Below the pieces are notes generated by a model. The model saw only the letters and a program-made list of their open reading frames with translations, was not told where the DNA came from and made no database searches. Shown one piece after another: positions 19,347-28,729 of a DNA stretch of 64,000 nt (positions within the stretch are counted from its first letter, which is position 1; each line of letters starts with the position of its first letter). Position numbers and translations under genes: made by a program. Source of the DNA: an uncultured Acidimicrobiia bacterium (lineage in GTDB: Bacteria > Actinomycetota > Acidimicrobiia > Acidimicrobiales > AC-14); the NCBI GenBank assembly GCA_963836205.1, contig CAWIIV010000022.1, forward strand, positions 38,935-102,934, written 5' to 3'.

Positions 19347-20879
19347 ATGGCCACCCTTGCCGAGATCGCCAGCCAGACCGCCCTCGAGGGGCCGGGGCTG
19401 GCCCACCTCCAACGATTGGTGGGCACGTGGGGCCTGCTCTCCGACCTGTGCTTCGCCGACCTGCTCCTGTTCGTCCCGGTCGACGACCCGTCGTCGGGCC
19501 GGTTCGTGATCCTGGGCCAGATCCGGCCCACCACCAGCCAGACGCTCTACCGCGAGGACCAGATCGGCAAGGTCTTCGACTCCTTCGACCGTCCCCTGGT
19601 GGCCCGCGCCTGGCGGCTCGGAGACATCATCGACGGCGAGGTCGACATCACCCCGGCGGGGGAGGTGGCGGGGGTCCAGTGCATCCCCGTGCGGTGGAAG
19701 GACTCCCTCCTGGGTGTCCTCACCCGGGAATCGGCCCCCTCCGTCGGTCGGCGCCCGGGCGACCTGGAGCGGGTCTACGTCGAGATCTTCGACCGTTTCG
19801 CCCGCATGATCATCGCCGGCGAGTTCCCGTTCGGGGCGGAGGAGACCGAGCCCGACGAGGCCCCGCGGGTGGGCGACGGCGTGGCCCGCCTCGATGCCCA
19901 GTCGAGGGTCGACTTCGCCTCGCCCAACTTCGTGTCCGTCCTGCACCGCATGGGCATCCATCGCAACACCCACGGCGCCCGCCTGGGCGAGATCGGCTTC
20001 GACGAGTCGACGGTGCGGGCCGCCTTCGCCATCGGCTTGCCCATCACCGAGGAGATCGAACGCCGTGACGTGGTGGTGCTGGTGCGCTGCATCCCGTTCC
20101 TCGAACACGGCCGGGTGACGGGGGCGATGGTCGTCATGCGCGACGTCTCCGACCTTCGTCGCCGGGACCGGCTGCTCATCTCCAAGGACGCCACCATCCG
20201 TGAGATCCACCACCGGGTGAAGAACAACCTCCAGACGATCTCGTCGTTGCTCCGGCTCCACGCCCGCCGCCTGGAGCATCCCGAGGCCCGGGCCGCGCTG
20301 GAGGAGTCGGTGCGGCGGGTGCGGTCGATCGCCCTGGTCCACGAGACCCTGTCCGAAGGCGCCAGCCAGGAGGTGGAGTTCGACCAGATCGTCCGGCCCC
20401 TGGTGCGGATGGTGGAGGAGGGGCTGGGCTCGGAGGAGCGCCCGGTGCGCCTGGAGGTGGAGGGCGACGCCGGCGAGCTCCGGGCCGAGATCGCCACCCC
20501 CCTGGCCGTGGTCCTCACCGAGCTGCTCCAGAACGCGGTCCAGCACGGCTATCCCACCGAGGACGGGAGCGGGCACCACGCCTTCCCGTCCGGCGACCTC
20601 GACGCCGAGCCCCCGCCGCCCCGACCCACGGGTCGAGTGGTCGTGTCGTTCACCAACGACGGCAGCGAGCTGGTCGTGCGGGTTCGCGACGACGGGGTGG
20701 GACTTCCCGAGGGCTTCACCATGCACGGGCCCCGGCTCGGGCTCACCATCGTCCGCACCCTGGTCACCACCGACCTCGGGGGGACGATCGACATGCGCAA
20801 CGACAGGGGGACGGTGGTGGAGCTGCGCATACCGGTGAGCGCCGGCACCGCCATGGAGGCGACTGCGCCGGGCGACTAG
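19347..20879 (+). CDS. pdtaS: Cytoplasmic sensor histidine kinase PdtaS-like
   Basis: WGLLSDLCFADLLL N-terminus, EIHHRVKNNLQ (HisKA_2), DDGVG, GLGLTIV. Confidence 0.88.
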   Translation: MATLAEIASQTALEGPGLAHLQRLVGTWGLLSDLCFADLLLFVPVDDPSSGRFVILGQIRPTTSQTLYREDQIGKVFDSFDRPLVARAWRLGDIIDGEVDITPAGEVAGVQCIPVRWKDSLLGVLTRESAPSVGRRPGDLERVYVEIFDRFARMIIAGEFPFGAEETEPDEAPRVGDGVARLDAQSRVDFASPNFVSVLHRMGIHRNTHGARLGEIGFDESTVRAAFAIGLPITEEIERRDVVVLVRCIPFLEHGRVTGAMVVMRDVSDLRRRDRLLISKDATIREIHHRVKNNLQTISSLLRLHARRLEHPEARAALEESVRRVRSIALVHETLSEGASQEVEFDQIVRPLVRMVEEGLGSEERPVRLEVEGDAGELRAEIATPLAVVLTELLQNAVQHGYPTEDGSGHHAFPSGDLDAEPPPPRPTGRVVVSFTNDGSELVVRVRDDGVGLPEGFTMHGPRLGLTIVRTLVTTDLGGTIDMRNDRGTVVELRIPVSAGTAMEATAPGD

Positions 20880-20934
20880 GCCCCGCCCGCCGACGACGGG
20901 CAGAGGACCGGGTTCAGCTGGCCCGCGATCGCTG

Positions 20935-21231
20935 TCAGCTGGCGCGGCGGCGCTTGGCCAGCCAGGCCTTGCGCAGCTTGCGCCGCTCCTCCTCCGACGT
21001 GGCGCCCCAGACGCCGGCCTCCTGGTTGGTGGCCAGTGCGAACTCCAGGCACTCGTGCCGGGCCTCGCACGCCCTGCACACGATCTTGGCCGCCTCGATC
21101 TGGTCAAGGGCCGACCCGGTTGTGCCCACCGGGAAGAACAGGTCGGGATCGGTGTCGCGGCAGGACGCCTTCTGCCGCCAATCGTCGACGTCCCACTCAT
21201 AGGGCCGGTTCCACGTCAGTGCCACGAACAC
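20935..21231 (-). CDS. whiB1: WhiB family regulator (WhiB1/WblE-like)
   Basis: CRDTDPDLFFPVGTTG, C-x2-C-x5-C, GVWG; position between pdtaS and dgk. Confidence 0.85.
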   Translation of the reverse strand: MFVALTWNRPYEWDVDDWRQKASCRDTDPDLFFPVGTTGSALDQIEAAKIVCRACEARHECLEFALATNQEAGVWGATSEEERRKLRKAWLAKRRRAS

Positions 21232-21236
21232 TCCTC

Positions 21237-21256
21237 TTTGTGAAGTTGTTCACAAA
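21237..21256. promoter_or_regulatory. CRP/GlxR-type site upstream of whiB1
   Basis: TTTGTGA-AGTTGT-TCACAAA, a perfect TGTGA-N6-TCACA. Confidence 0.75.
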
Positions 21257-21350
21257 CTGGGCCACTACGAATGGGGAAAGAAGACTTGCATCTTGTCGCC
21301 CGGAAGACCGTACTTCCCCTACCCCCACCGAACAAGGGGTGAGCCGGGTT

Positions 21351-22283
21351 TCAGCCTCCTCCCTCCCGCGGGGGAGGCGCCACCACGACCAGGGCGTCGG
21401 GCTCGTAGGAGAAGGCCAGCTCCTCGGTCAGGCCCAGGTAATCGCCGTCGACCTGGTACGGGAACGGGCCCCGGCCGGTGACGGTGAAGGCGAGCAGGTC
21501 GGGGCGGTGGTCGACCTGGGGGTTCGACCGCAGCCGCTTGCCGCTCCCCATGGCCGAGGTCAGCAGGCCGACGACGGCGGGCAGGTGCATGGTGCGGACG
21601 GTGACCGCCACCAGGCCCCGCCCCGGCACGGCGTCCTCGGTCAGGTTCAGCGGGATCCGGCCCAGGTAGGTGTAGGGGTCGGAGTTCATGACGATCGAGT
21701 AGGCGCCGGGGACGTCGGCCCCCTGCCCGAACTCCATGGTGAAGTACGAGCGGCGGAGGTCGAAGTGGCGGGCCAGGGTGGTGAGGGTGGCGTAGACGAA
21801 CGCGGTCTGGCCCAGCCGGTGCTTGAGGGCGGGGTGGCGCTCGACCTGGCCGACGACAGCGGCGTCGAAGCCCAGGCCGGCGTGGAACAGGAACCGGCGG
21901 CCGTTGACGTCCCCGAGCGGCATGCGCCGGATGGCGCCGGCGGCCAACGAGGCGTCGAGTTGGGCGACGGCCTTGGTCAGGTTGTTGGGCACGCCGATCG
22001 TTCGGGCGAAAACGTTGGTCGACCCGCCCGGCAGGGGCGCCAGGGCGGTGCCGGTGCCCACCAAACCGTTGGCGGCCTCGTTCAGGGTGCCGTCCCCCCC
22101 CAACACGACGACCACCTCGGCTCCCCCGGCGGCGGCCTCGGCGGCCAGGGTGGTGGCGTGGTCACGGCACGCGGTGCAGACCACGGAGAGATCGTGGCCG
22201 GCGGCCAGCATCTCCTCGGCCAATCGCTGCTTCTTCGCCGACATCGACGAGGCGTAGGGGTTGACGAGCAGCGTGACCCTCAT
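21351..22283 (-). CDS. Diacylglycerol/lipid kinase family protein
   Basis: LVNP, LGGDGTLNE, LPGGSTNVFAR, QVDGDY. Confidence 0.9.
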   Translation of the reverse strand: MRVTLLVNPYASSMSAKKQRLAEEMLAAGHDLSVVCTACRDHATTLAAEAAAGGAEVVVVLGGDGTLNEAANGLVGTGTALAPLPGGSTNVFARTIGVPNNLTKAVAQLDASLAAGAIRRMPLGDVNGRRFLFHAGLGFDAAVVGQVERHPALKHRLGQTAFVYATLTTLARHFDLRRSYFTMEFGQGADVPGAYSIVMNSDPYTYLGRIPLNLTEDAVPGRGLVAVTVRTMHLPAVVGLLTSAMGSGKRLRSNPQVDHRPDLLAFTVTGRGPFPYQVDGDYLGLTEELAFSYEPDALVVVAPPPREGGG

Positions 22284-22374
22284 ACCCGCGAGGCGTTCAT
22301 GACCGCGAGGCCTTCATGCCCGCGAGGCCCTGATGACCGCGAGGCCCTCATGACCGCCCGGCTCTCATGACCGC
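22281..22374. repeat. 17-bp degenerate tandem repeat (about 5.5 copies) filling the sigma factor-dgk junction
   Basis: CATGACCGCGAGGCCCT-like units. Confidence 0.85.
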
Positions 22375-23138
22375 ACGACTTCGTCGTCCCCCGTTTCCTC
22401 GGCCTGGGAACGCAGCTGGGCCAGGCTGCGGGCCAGCAGGCGGGACACGTGCATCTGGCTGATGCCGAGGCGGCCGGCGATCTCCGACTGGGTGAGGCCC
22501 TCGAAGAAGCGCAGGTGCAGGATCATGCGCTCCCGGGGCGGGAACTGGGCGATGAGGGGCGACAGGGTGACCCGGTGCTCGGAGTCGATCAGGTTCTGGT
22601 CCTCGGAGCCGAGCTGCGACGAGAGCGAACCGTCGTCGTCGCCGCCGGCAGGGGCGTCGAGCGACGTGAAGCGGTAGGCGTGGCCGGCTTCGATCGCCTC
22701 CAGCACCTCCTCCTCCGACACCGCCGCCGCCTGGGCGATCTCGCCGATGGTGGGCGAGCGGCCCTTTTCCTGCGACAGCGTGCTCACCACCGACCCGAGG
22801 CGGAGGTGCAGCTCCTGGACCCGGCGGGGCACGCGCACTGCCCAGCCCTTGTCGCGGAAGTGGCGCTTGAGCTCGCCCACGATGGTGGGGGTGGCGTAGG
22901 TGGAGAACTCCAGGCCCCGCTCCGGGTCGAAGCGGTCGACGGCCTTGAGCAGCCCGAGGGCCGCCACCTGGACCAGGTCGTCGAGGGGCTCGCCCCGGTT
23001 GGTGAAGCGGCGGGCCAGGTACTCGGCCAGGCCCATGTGGGCCGTCACCAGCTCGTCCCGCAGGCCGCGGTCGCGGCTCTGAGCGTACTCGTGGAACTTG
23101 CGTCGGAGCTCGTCGCGCTCGCGGGCGTCGAATGGCAT
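22365..23138 (-). CDS. SigB/SigF family RNA polymerase sigma factor
   Basis: DDLVQVA, FSTYATPTIVGELKRHFRD, ISQMHVSRLL. Confidence 0.95.
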   Translation of the reverse strand: MPFDARERDELRRKFHEYAQSRDRGLRDELVTAHMGLAEYLARRFTNRGEPLDDLVQVAALGLLKAVDRFDPERGLEFSTYATPTIVGELKRHFRDKGWAVRVPRRVQELHLRLGSVVSTLSQEKGRSPTIGEIAQAAAVSEEEVLEAIEAGHAYRFTSLDAPAGGDDDGSLSSQLGSEDQNLIDSEHRVTLSPLIAQFPPRERMILHLRFFEGLTQSEIAGRLGISQMHVSRLLARSLAQLRSQAEETGDDEVVRS

Positions 23139-23143
23139 CGGCG

Positions 23144-23521
23144 TCAGGCCGGCCGCAGCCGCTTGACCATGCGGAACGTCGGTCCTTCGGGTCCCGTGCC
23201 CAGATGGACCTCGTCGACCATGGCGCCCAGGATCTGGCTCGACATCGGTGACAGCTTCGGCTCACGGGACCCGTCGTCGGTGAACCGGCCGGTGCCCTCA
23301 ACCGCCAGCCCGTCGGCGAGCATCTCGTACCGGAGGGCGACGGTGCCGGCGCGGCCCTTGCCGACGAGGGCGAAGCACAGCTCGTCGATGGCGATGCGCA
23401 GGTCTTCGACGTCGTCGAGGGTGAACCCGATCCTGCTGGCCACGCCCGCGACCATGATCCGGGTGATGCGGAGGAACTCCGGCGACGCCGGCACTTCCAG
23501 ACGCACCTCTCCAGTGGCCAA
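23144..23521 (-). CDS. Anti-sigma factor (RsbW-like)
   Basis: GFTLDDVEDLRIAIDELC; TTG start with GAGGGG RBS; upstream of the sigma gene. Confidence 0.85.
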   Translation of the reverse strand: MATGEVRLEVPASPEFLRITRIMVAGVASRIGFTLDDVEDLRIAIDELCFALVGKGRAGTVALRYEMLADGLAVEGTGRFTDDGSREPKLSPMSSQILGAMVDEVHLGTGPEGPTFRMVKRLRPA

Positions 23522-23872
23522 CCGTTTCCCCTCGCGTTCGTGACCGGCTGAAAGGCGCGGCGCAGACGCCCACAGTAAGCCGTCGCCCACGCGAACAAGG
23601 AACAGAAGGACCGAACCGGCGGGAGCCCCCACCCGCGCTCGCATCTGCGACCTGCGCTTTCCTGGTGGTCACCGCTGGTCGGCGTCGATCCGGTCACGAC
23701 GATTTGGGTGATCCGAAGGATTCGTGCGACTGGATCGTCGTGAATCCGCCCCACGTTTCATGGCGATTTGAGTGATCCAAATGCCTGTGGCTGCCGCGCC
23801 AACGGGGGGACGGCCCCTGCCCTCGGCCCGGCCGCTGGCGGGGTCAGCTGGGAGGATCGGGGGCCGCCCGGC

Positions 23873-24133
23873 TCAGGCGTGGTGGTGGGTCGCACCGCCT
23901 ACGCTCGGCCTCGGGACTCGTCCTCTGGCGTGGTCGGTGGCTCGCAACCGCCCACGACCGGCCCCCGTCCTCGTGCTCAGGCGTGTTCGGTGGCCCGCCG
24001 GCCCACGCCCGGCCCCCGTCCTCGTGCTCAGGCGTGTTCGGTGGTCCGCCCGCCCACGCCCGGCCCGGAGTACTCGTCCTCAGGCGTGGTCGGTGGCTCG
24101 CACCGCCCACGCCCGGCCCCGGTACTCGTCCTC
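23873..24133. repeat. Five ~52-bp degenerate tandem copies of the 3' end of the DUF6183-like gene
   Basis: AGGCGTGGTCGGTGGCTCGCACCGCCCACGCCCGGCCCCGGTACTCGTCCTC-like units; the rightmost copy encodes EDEYRGRAWAVRATDHA stop. Confidence 0.85.
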
Positions 24134-25081
24134 CACCGCCAGTCGGAGCGACCAGCCGGTGGCCGGTTCGCCCGCATCCCACCGGTGCCAGCGCAGGTCG
24201 GCGGCCGCCTCGCCCATCTCGTCGGGGTCGAACGGCCAGTCGTCGAGTCCCCCGGCCAGCGCCGCAACCGCCCACCACGCCGAGAACCTCCCGTAGGCCA
24301 TCCCCCGGCGCCGGCCGTGGGCCCCGCCGCTGGCCGCGGCCCAGGCCATCACGGCCAGGGCTTCGGCGGGCGACACCTCGGCCAGTCGCAGGCCGTCGAC
24401 CGCCGCGAGGGTGGCGATCGCAGCGGTGACGTCGCCCGCCACGCAGGCGGTGTCGACGGTGCCGTTCGATTCCTGCTTCCACGCCGCCGCCAGCTCGGCC
24501 AGTGCCCGCGCCGCCTCGGGGTCGTCGACGGGCGTGGCCGCCGCGGCCGCCTCGGCCACCGCCACCGGGTGGAGCGGCGGCGGGGCGACGTCGGGCACCT
24601 CGATCTTGTGGGCCCGGTAGGTGGCCAGGGGGTAGTCCGGCTCCCACGGTTGGAGGCGGAGCGGCAGTTCGAGGGTGGTGCGGTCGATGCCGTCGTCGCC
24701 GGTGAGGTCCTCTCCCCGGACGACCCGCTCGTGGGCGACCATCCCCGCGTCGGGCGAGGCCTCGAGGTGGGGGCGGAGCTCAGCCCAGGTGTGGGTCGAC
24801 GCCGCCACCTCGGCCAGCGGGCCGAGGGCGAAGCGCCCGGTGCCGCCCACGAGCACGGCCGCCGCCTCCCGGCCCGGCGCCTCCAGGGCCAGCCGGTACT
24901 CGGCGTGGCTGGCCGCCGGCCACAGCTGGCGGCCCCGATCGATGGCCCGCCGGCAGCGGTCGCGCAGGTCGAGGACGCCGGCCCAGTGGCGGTCGGCGCA
25001 CAGGTGGTCGATGCGGATGAGGAGGGCGTCGAGGTCGCCCATGTCGACCAGGTCGGCCGTCGTCAGCGGCCCCGGGCTCAT
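24080..25081 (-). CDS. Conserved hypothetical protein (DUF6183-like)
   Basis: 333-aa ORF with coding-like codon pattern; AHERVVRGEDL, LPLRLQPWEP, AASGGAHG; family recalled, not searched. Confidence 0.6.
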   Translation of the reverse strand: MSPGPLTTADLVDMGDLDALLIRIDHLCADRHWAGVLDLRDRCRRAIDRGRQLWPAASHAEYRLALEAPGREAAAVLVGGTGRFALGPLAEVAASTHTWAELRPHLEASPDAGMVAHERVVRGEDLTGDDGIDRTTLELPLRLQPWEPDYPLATYRAHKIEVPDVAPPPLHPVAVAEAAAAATPVDDPEAARALAELAAAWKQESNGTVDTACVAGDVTAAIATLAAVDGLRLAEVSPAEALAVMAWAAASGGAHGRRRGMAYGRFSAWWAVAALAGGLDDWPFDPDEMGEAAADLRWHRWDAGEPATGWSLRLAVEDEYRGRAWAVRATDHA

Positions 25082-25091
25082 GTGACGGGGG

Positions 25092-25808
25092 TCATAGCAG
25101 CGGCCACGGGTAGGCCCAGTGCGACCGGGCTGCGGGGAAGAACGGCCGCCGCACCAGCTCGATGCCCCGGTCGACCAGGGCGTCGACCTCGTCGACGCTG
25201 AGCAGGCGGCGCAGCTCGTCGGGCGGGGCCATCGCCACCCGGCGGACGTCGGCCACCAGCTCCGGATCGAACGCTTGGCCGGCGAAGTCCCAGATCACGG
25301 TGCGCAGCTTGGGCTCGTCGTGCAGGCACAGGCCGTGGTCGATCGCCCACAGGCGGCCGTCGTCACCCAGCAGGCAGTGCCCGGCCTTGCGGTCGCCGTT
25401 GTTCACCAGCAGGTCGAAGAGGCCGATGGTGCGCAGGGCGTCGTGGTGCTCGGGCCGCTCCAGCAGGGTGAAGTAGTGCTCCTTGAAGTCGGCGGCCACG
25501 AAGCGCTGCAGCGACCCCAGGCCGAACGGCCCGTCACGGAGCACCGTCTCCGGCACCAGGTCCCACCCGAGCGCCTGGCTGAGCAGGAAGACCGCCCGCT
25601 CCCGCCGGAACAACCCGCTCGGGTAGTCCCACAGCCCTCGCTCGCCCGCGCCCGGCTTGTAGACGGCGCTTTCCCGCTCGCCGTCCAGGCACAGCTCCAC
25701 CAGGAACGTGCCGTTCGAGCTCCACGGCAGGCGGCCCTTGACCTCGATGTCGCCGGCGAGGAGCAGGTCTAGCGGCTCTGGCTCCGGTGGCCGTTCAGGC
25801 GCACGCAC
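25092..25808 (-). CDS. SCO1664 family protein (PI3/4-kinase-like fold)
   Basis: SSNGTFL, YKP..GER.LWD, NNGDRKAGH, AIDHGL. Confidence 0.88.
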   Translation of the reverse strand: MRAPERPPEPEPLDLLLAGDIEVKGRLPWSSNGTFLVELCLDGERESAVYKPGAGERGLWDYPSGLFRRERAVFLLSQALGWDLVPETVLRDGPFGLGSLQRFVAADFKEHYFTLLERPEHHDALRTIGLFDLLVNNGDRKAGHCLLGDDGRLWAIDHGLCLHDEPKLRTVIWDFAGQAFDPELVADVRRVAMAPPDELRRLLSVDEVDALVDRGIELVRRPFFPAARSHWAYPWPLL

Positions 25809-26275
25809 ACGTGTCCTTCGGGATCGAGGGGTTGGCCGCACAGCTGGCACGGGGGCCGTCCCGCGGAGACGACGTCGGCCCCCCGGGCGGCCAGCGCCGC
25901 CACCTGCTCCCGGGTGGCCAGGAAGCGGGCTGTCGCCCCGTCATCGACCTCCTCCTCCATCAGCTCCTCGGCCTGGACGAGGATGCGGTCGGCGGCCTCG
26001 TCGTACGACACGCCGAGGGCCCCCACCGCCCACTCCGGTAGCACCGGCTCCACCAGGTCGAGGTCGGCGGGCAGGGGACCCGGTGCGGGAAGATCGGACA
26101 GGAGAGTCGCCAGGTAGGTGACGAGGGCCGCCACCTGCTGCTTCTCCAGCTTGAGCGACACCACCTGGGTGCCGGACACGGCTTGGAGGTAGAAGACCCG
26201 TCGCCCAGGCTCGCCCACCGTGCCCACTGTCAGCCGGTCGACGTCGCCCAGGTCGAACGAGGACGACAGGCTCAC
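25769..26275 (-). CDS. DUF3090 family protein
   Basis: GTVGEPGRRVFYLQA, LEKQQV, GRPPCQLCGQPLDPEGHVC. Confidence 0.9.
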   Translation of the reverse strand: MSLSSSFDLGDVDRLTVGTVGEPGRRVFYLQAVSGTQVVSLKLEKQQVAALVTYLATLLSDLPAPGPLPADLDLVEPVLPEWAVGALGVSYDEAADRILVQAEELMEEEVDDGATARFLATREQVAALAARGADVVSAGRPPCQLCGQPLDPEGHVCVRLNGHRSQSR

Positions 26276-26919
26276 GACGGCTTCACCGCCCGCAGGTCGC
26301 CCAGGGAGTTCACCGACAGGACGGTGGGGCCGCTGTCGCCGTAGGCGATGGCCGTCACCGAGCAGGGGGAGATCACGATGCGCTGGAAGAGGTCGAGGTG
26401 GGTGCCGAGGGCGTGGGCGACGGCGGCCTTGATCGGGTCGGCATGGGACACGAGGACGATGGTCTCACCGTGGTGGGCGGTGCGCAGCCGCTCGATAGCT
26501 CCCACGATCCGCTGCTGCATCTCGGGGAACGACTCCCCGCCCGGGAAGCGGAACCCGCTCGGGTAGGAATGGACCGCCTTCCACTCGGGAGTCTTGGCCG
26601 CCACCTTCAACTCCATGCCGGTCCACTCGCCGATGTCGGCTTCGAGCAGGCCCTTGTCGACCGTCACCGGCAGCTGGCGGGCGGCGGCGATGGGCTTGGC
26701 CGTCTCCCGGGTGCGCTCGAGGGGCGACGCGTAGACGGCGTCGATCTTCGGTAGGACGGCCAGCCGCTCGGCCACCGCCTCCGCCTGCGCCCGCCCGGCC
26801 TCGGACAGGTGCAGCCCCCTGGCCCGCCCGGGCAGCAGCTTGCCAGTCGTCGGCGTCTCACCGTGTCGGACGAGGAGGACGAGGGTGCCGCGAGGGGCCG
26901 GGGTCTTGCGGGGCGCCAT
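26272..26919 (-). CDS. MSMEG_4193 family histidine phosphatase/phosphomutase
   Basis: LVRHG, SPLERTRET, SHADPIK, HLDLFQRI. Confidence 0.9.
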   Translation of the reverse strand: MAPRKTPAPRGTLVLLVRHGETPTTGKLLPGRARGLHLSEAGRAQAEAVAERLAVLPKIDAVYASPLERTRETAKPIAAARQLPVTVDKGLLEADIGEWTGMELKVAAKTPEWKAVHSYPSGFRFPGGESFPEMQQRIVGAIERLRTAHHGETIVLVSHADPIKAAVAHALGTHLDLFQRIVISPCSVTAIAYGDSGPTVLSVNSLGDLRAVKPS

Positions 26920-27051
26920 GGCTGACGGCCACCGTACCGTGCCCCCGCACCGCGCCGATCACGCTCGACAGCCGTCGGCGATTGCCAAAGTCCTCCCCGC
27001 GGTAAGGAGCAGGCGAGCTCAGGGAGGGCTCGCCGAAGAGGAGGCAACAGA

Positions 27052-27204
27052 GTGAGCGACATGAAGAGCGGAATCACCGACGAGGTCGAGAACGCCACGC
27101 CCGACGACGACGACATCACCTCCGACGTCTCCAGCGACCCCGGCGCCGACGCCGGCGACGACCTCAACAAGGCCGGCTCCGAGCCCGCCGGGAGGGGCGA
27201 GTAG
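27052..27204 (+). CDS. Small acidic protein (50 aa), not in the ORF track
   Basis: GAGGAGG RBS, GTG start, MSDMKSGITDEVENATPDDDDITSDVSSDPGADAGDDLNKAGSEPAGRGE, downstream hairpin. Confidence 0.65.
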   Translation: MSDMKSGITDEVENATPDDDDITSDVSSDPGADAGDDLNKAGSEPAGRGE

Positions 27205-27224
27205 CGCCAGTCCTCGAACAGGCC

Positions 27225-27253
27225 GGGTCGGAGCGTTCCGGTCGCTCCGACCC
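27225..27253 (+). terminator. Hairpin after the small acidic ORF
   Basis: GGGTCGGAGCG-7 nt-CGCTCCGACCC. Confidence 0.55.
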
Positions 27254-27429
27254 GTCCTCGTTCGCGTCGGGCCGACGTCAGTCGCCCAGCCGAATGTTGC
27301 GTTGGCGGGCACCGGCGTCCAAGGCAAGTGCCCCTGAGTCCCCTGCACGCCGGACTTCGACCGCACCGACGCCCAACTCGAAGGACGGTGCGGCGCCGGG
27401 GACGGGGTCGGTTTTGGGGTGGGGTCGGC

Positions 27430-28593
27430 TCACTGCGGTGGCTCATCCGGCGGGTCCCAGGTCCACGCTCCCGGCCGCCCGGCGAGCACCCAGCTGTGGT
27501 GGGTCTTGAGGGAGTGGTGACCTCGACAGAGGCGGGCCAGGTTGTCGAGGCTCGTGGGACCACCCTCGGCGAACGGCACCACGTGGTCGATCTCCAGGCG
27601 GTCCCGCATGTCGCAGCCGGGAACGACGCACTTGGGGTCGCGGGCCACCAGGGCGGAGCGCACGTGGGCGGGAATGGTCCGCCCGACATGGGCCACGGCC
27701 ACGACGTCGACGCCCTTGGTGACGACCACCTTCAGGATGCCGTCGTCGAGCAGGCTCCGGGCCGTGGCTACCGGGATGGGTCCCACCCCGGGGATGTCGC
27801 AGATCTCGCCCTCCTCGACGTGGCCCCGCACCAGCGCCGCATGGTCGACGCGCACCGCCACCACGGGCACGGGCCCGTCGCCACCGCCTACAGCCATTGC
27901 CACCAGGGCGTCGGCGGCGTAGGCCTCGTAGGGTTCCCGGCGACCATCCTTGCGGGCGGTGGCGAAGATGCGCCGCTGATGCCTCTCCAACGTCGCCAGC
28001 ACCTTGGCTCCGTCGTCGGCACACAACTTGGCCTCGAGACGAAACGCCCCGTCGTCATCGGTCCAGTTGCGGAGGAAGCGATGCTGTCGCACCCGCTCAT
28101 AGGCGTCGAGCCCGGCCGACCCCTCGGCCCGCACCGCCCGGCACCGCTCCTGCAAAGCCGGTAGCGACTCGGATCCGGCCGCAGCCACCAGTTCGGCCTC
28201 GACACCGGGCCGCTCACCGGCGGTGGCAACGATCTCGTTGGCCTGCGCCATCGACAGCCTTCCCGAACGCATCGCCTCGGCCGTGACCGGCAACTCGTCC
28301 AACCGTCGGGCTGTCTCGAGGGCGACCACCGCCGACCGCACCGAGGATCCCGACTCGGCAGCCACGAAATGGGCCGCCGAACGGGTCCCACTGCCCTGCC
28401 ACGCCCGGGTCACCTCGACCCGACGAGCTACGAGAGCCTTGCCTGCTGCCACCAACCGCTCGATCTCACCGAAGAGGCGCAACGCCGCGACCGCCCTTTC
28501 GCCGTCGAGGAGTTCTGGCTCGAAGGTCGACATGAGATCACGCAATTCCGACGCGACCCCTGTCAGCCGGCAGTGTTCCGTGGCCTCAGCCAT
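27430..28593 (-). CDS. DUF222 domain HNH endonuclease
   Basis: RDPKCVVPGC, EIDHVVPFAEGGPTSLDNLARLCRGHH; DUF222-like N-terminus. Confidence 0.88.
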   Translation of the reverse strand: MAEATEHCRLTGVASELRDLMSTFEPELLDGERAVAALRLFGEIERLVAAGKALVARRVEVTRAWQGSGTRSAAHFVAAESGSSVRSAVVALETARRLDELPVTAEAMRSGRLSMAQANEIVATAGERPGVEAELVAAAGSESLPALQERCRAVRAEGSAGLDAYERVRQHRFLRNWTDDDGAFRLEAKLCADDGAKVLATLERHQRRIFATARKDGRREPYEAYAADALVAMAVGGGDGPVPVVAVRVDHAALVRGHVEEGEICDIPGVGPIPVATARSLLDDGILKVVVTKGVDVVAVAHVGRTIPAHVRSALVARDPKCVVPGCDMRDRLEIDHVVPFAEGGPTSLDNLARLCRGHHSLKTHHSWVLAGRPGAWTWDPPDEPPQ

Positions 28594-28599
28594 GGTCTC

Positions 28600-28628
28600 A
28601 TTGTATCGAACGTATGTTCGGTTTGCAA
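28600..28628 (-). promoter_or_regulatory. Promoter with LexA (SOS) box in the spacer; leaderless transcript
   Basis: Minus strand TTGCAA-17 nt-TACAAT, 6 nt before ATG; TCGAACGTATGTTCGG at 28606-28621 matches the actinobacterial CGAAC-N4-GTTCG. Confidence 0.85.
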
Positions 28629-28729
28629 GTCGGGGACGATCAATTCGCACCGGTTGTAGTCCATGGCCGCACGCACGGAAGGACGACAAAGCGAGCGTCA
28701 GGCGCGGCGCGATCCCGGGCAGCCGTCCG

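Noticed and set aside
23873-24133. Possible CRISPR array
   Set aside because: Units are contiguous degenerate copies without unique spacers, derive from a gene end, and no cas genes are present.
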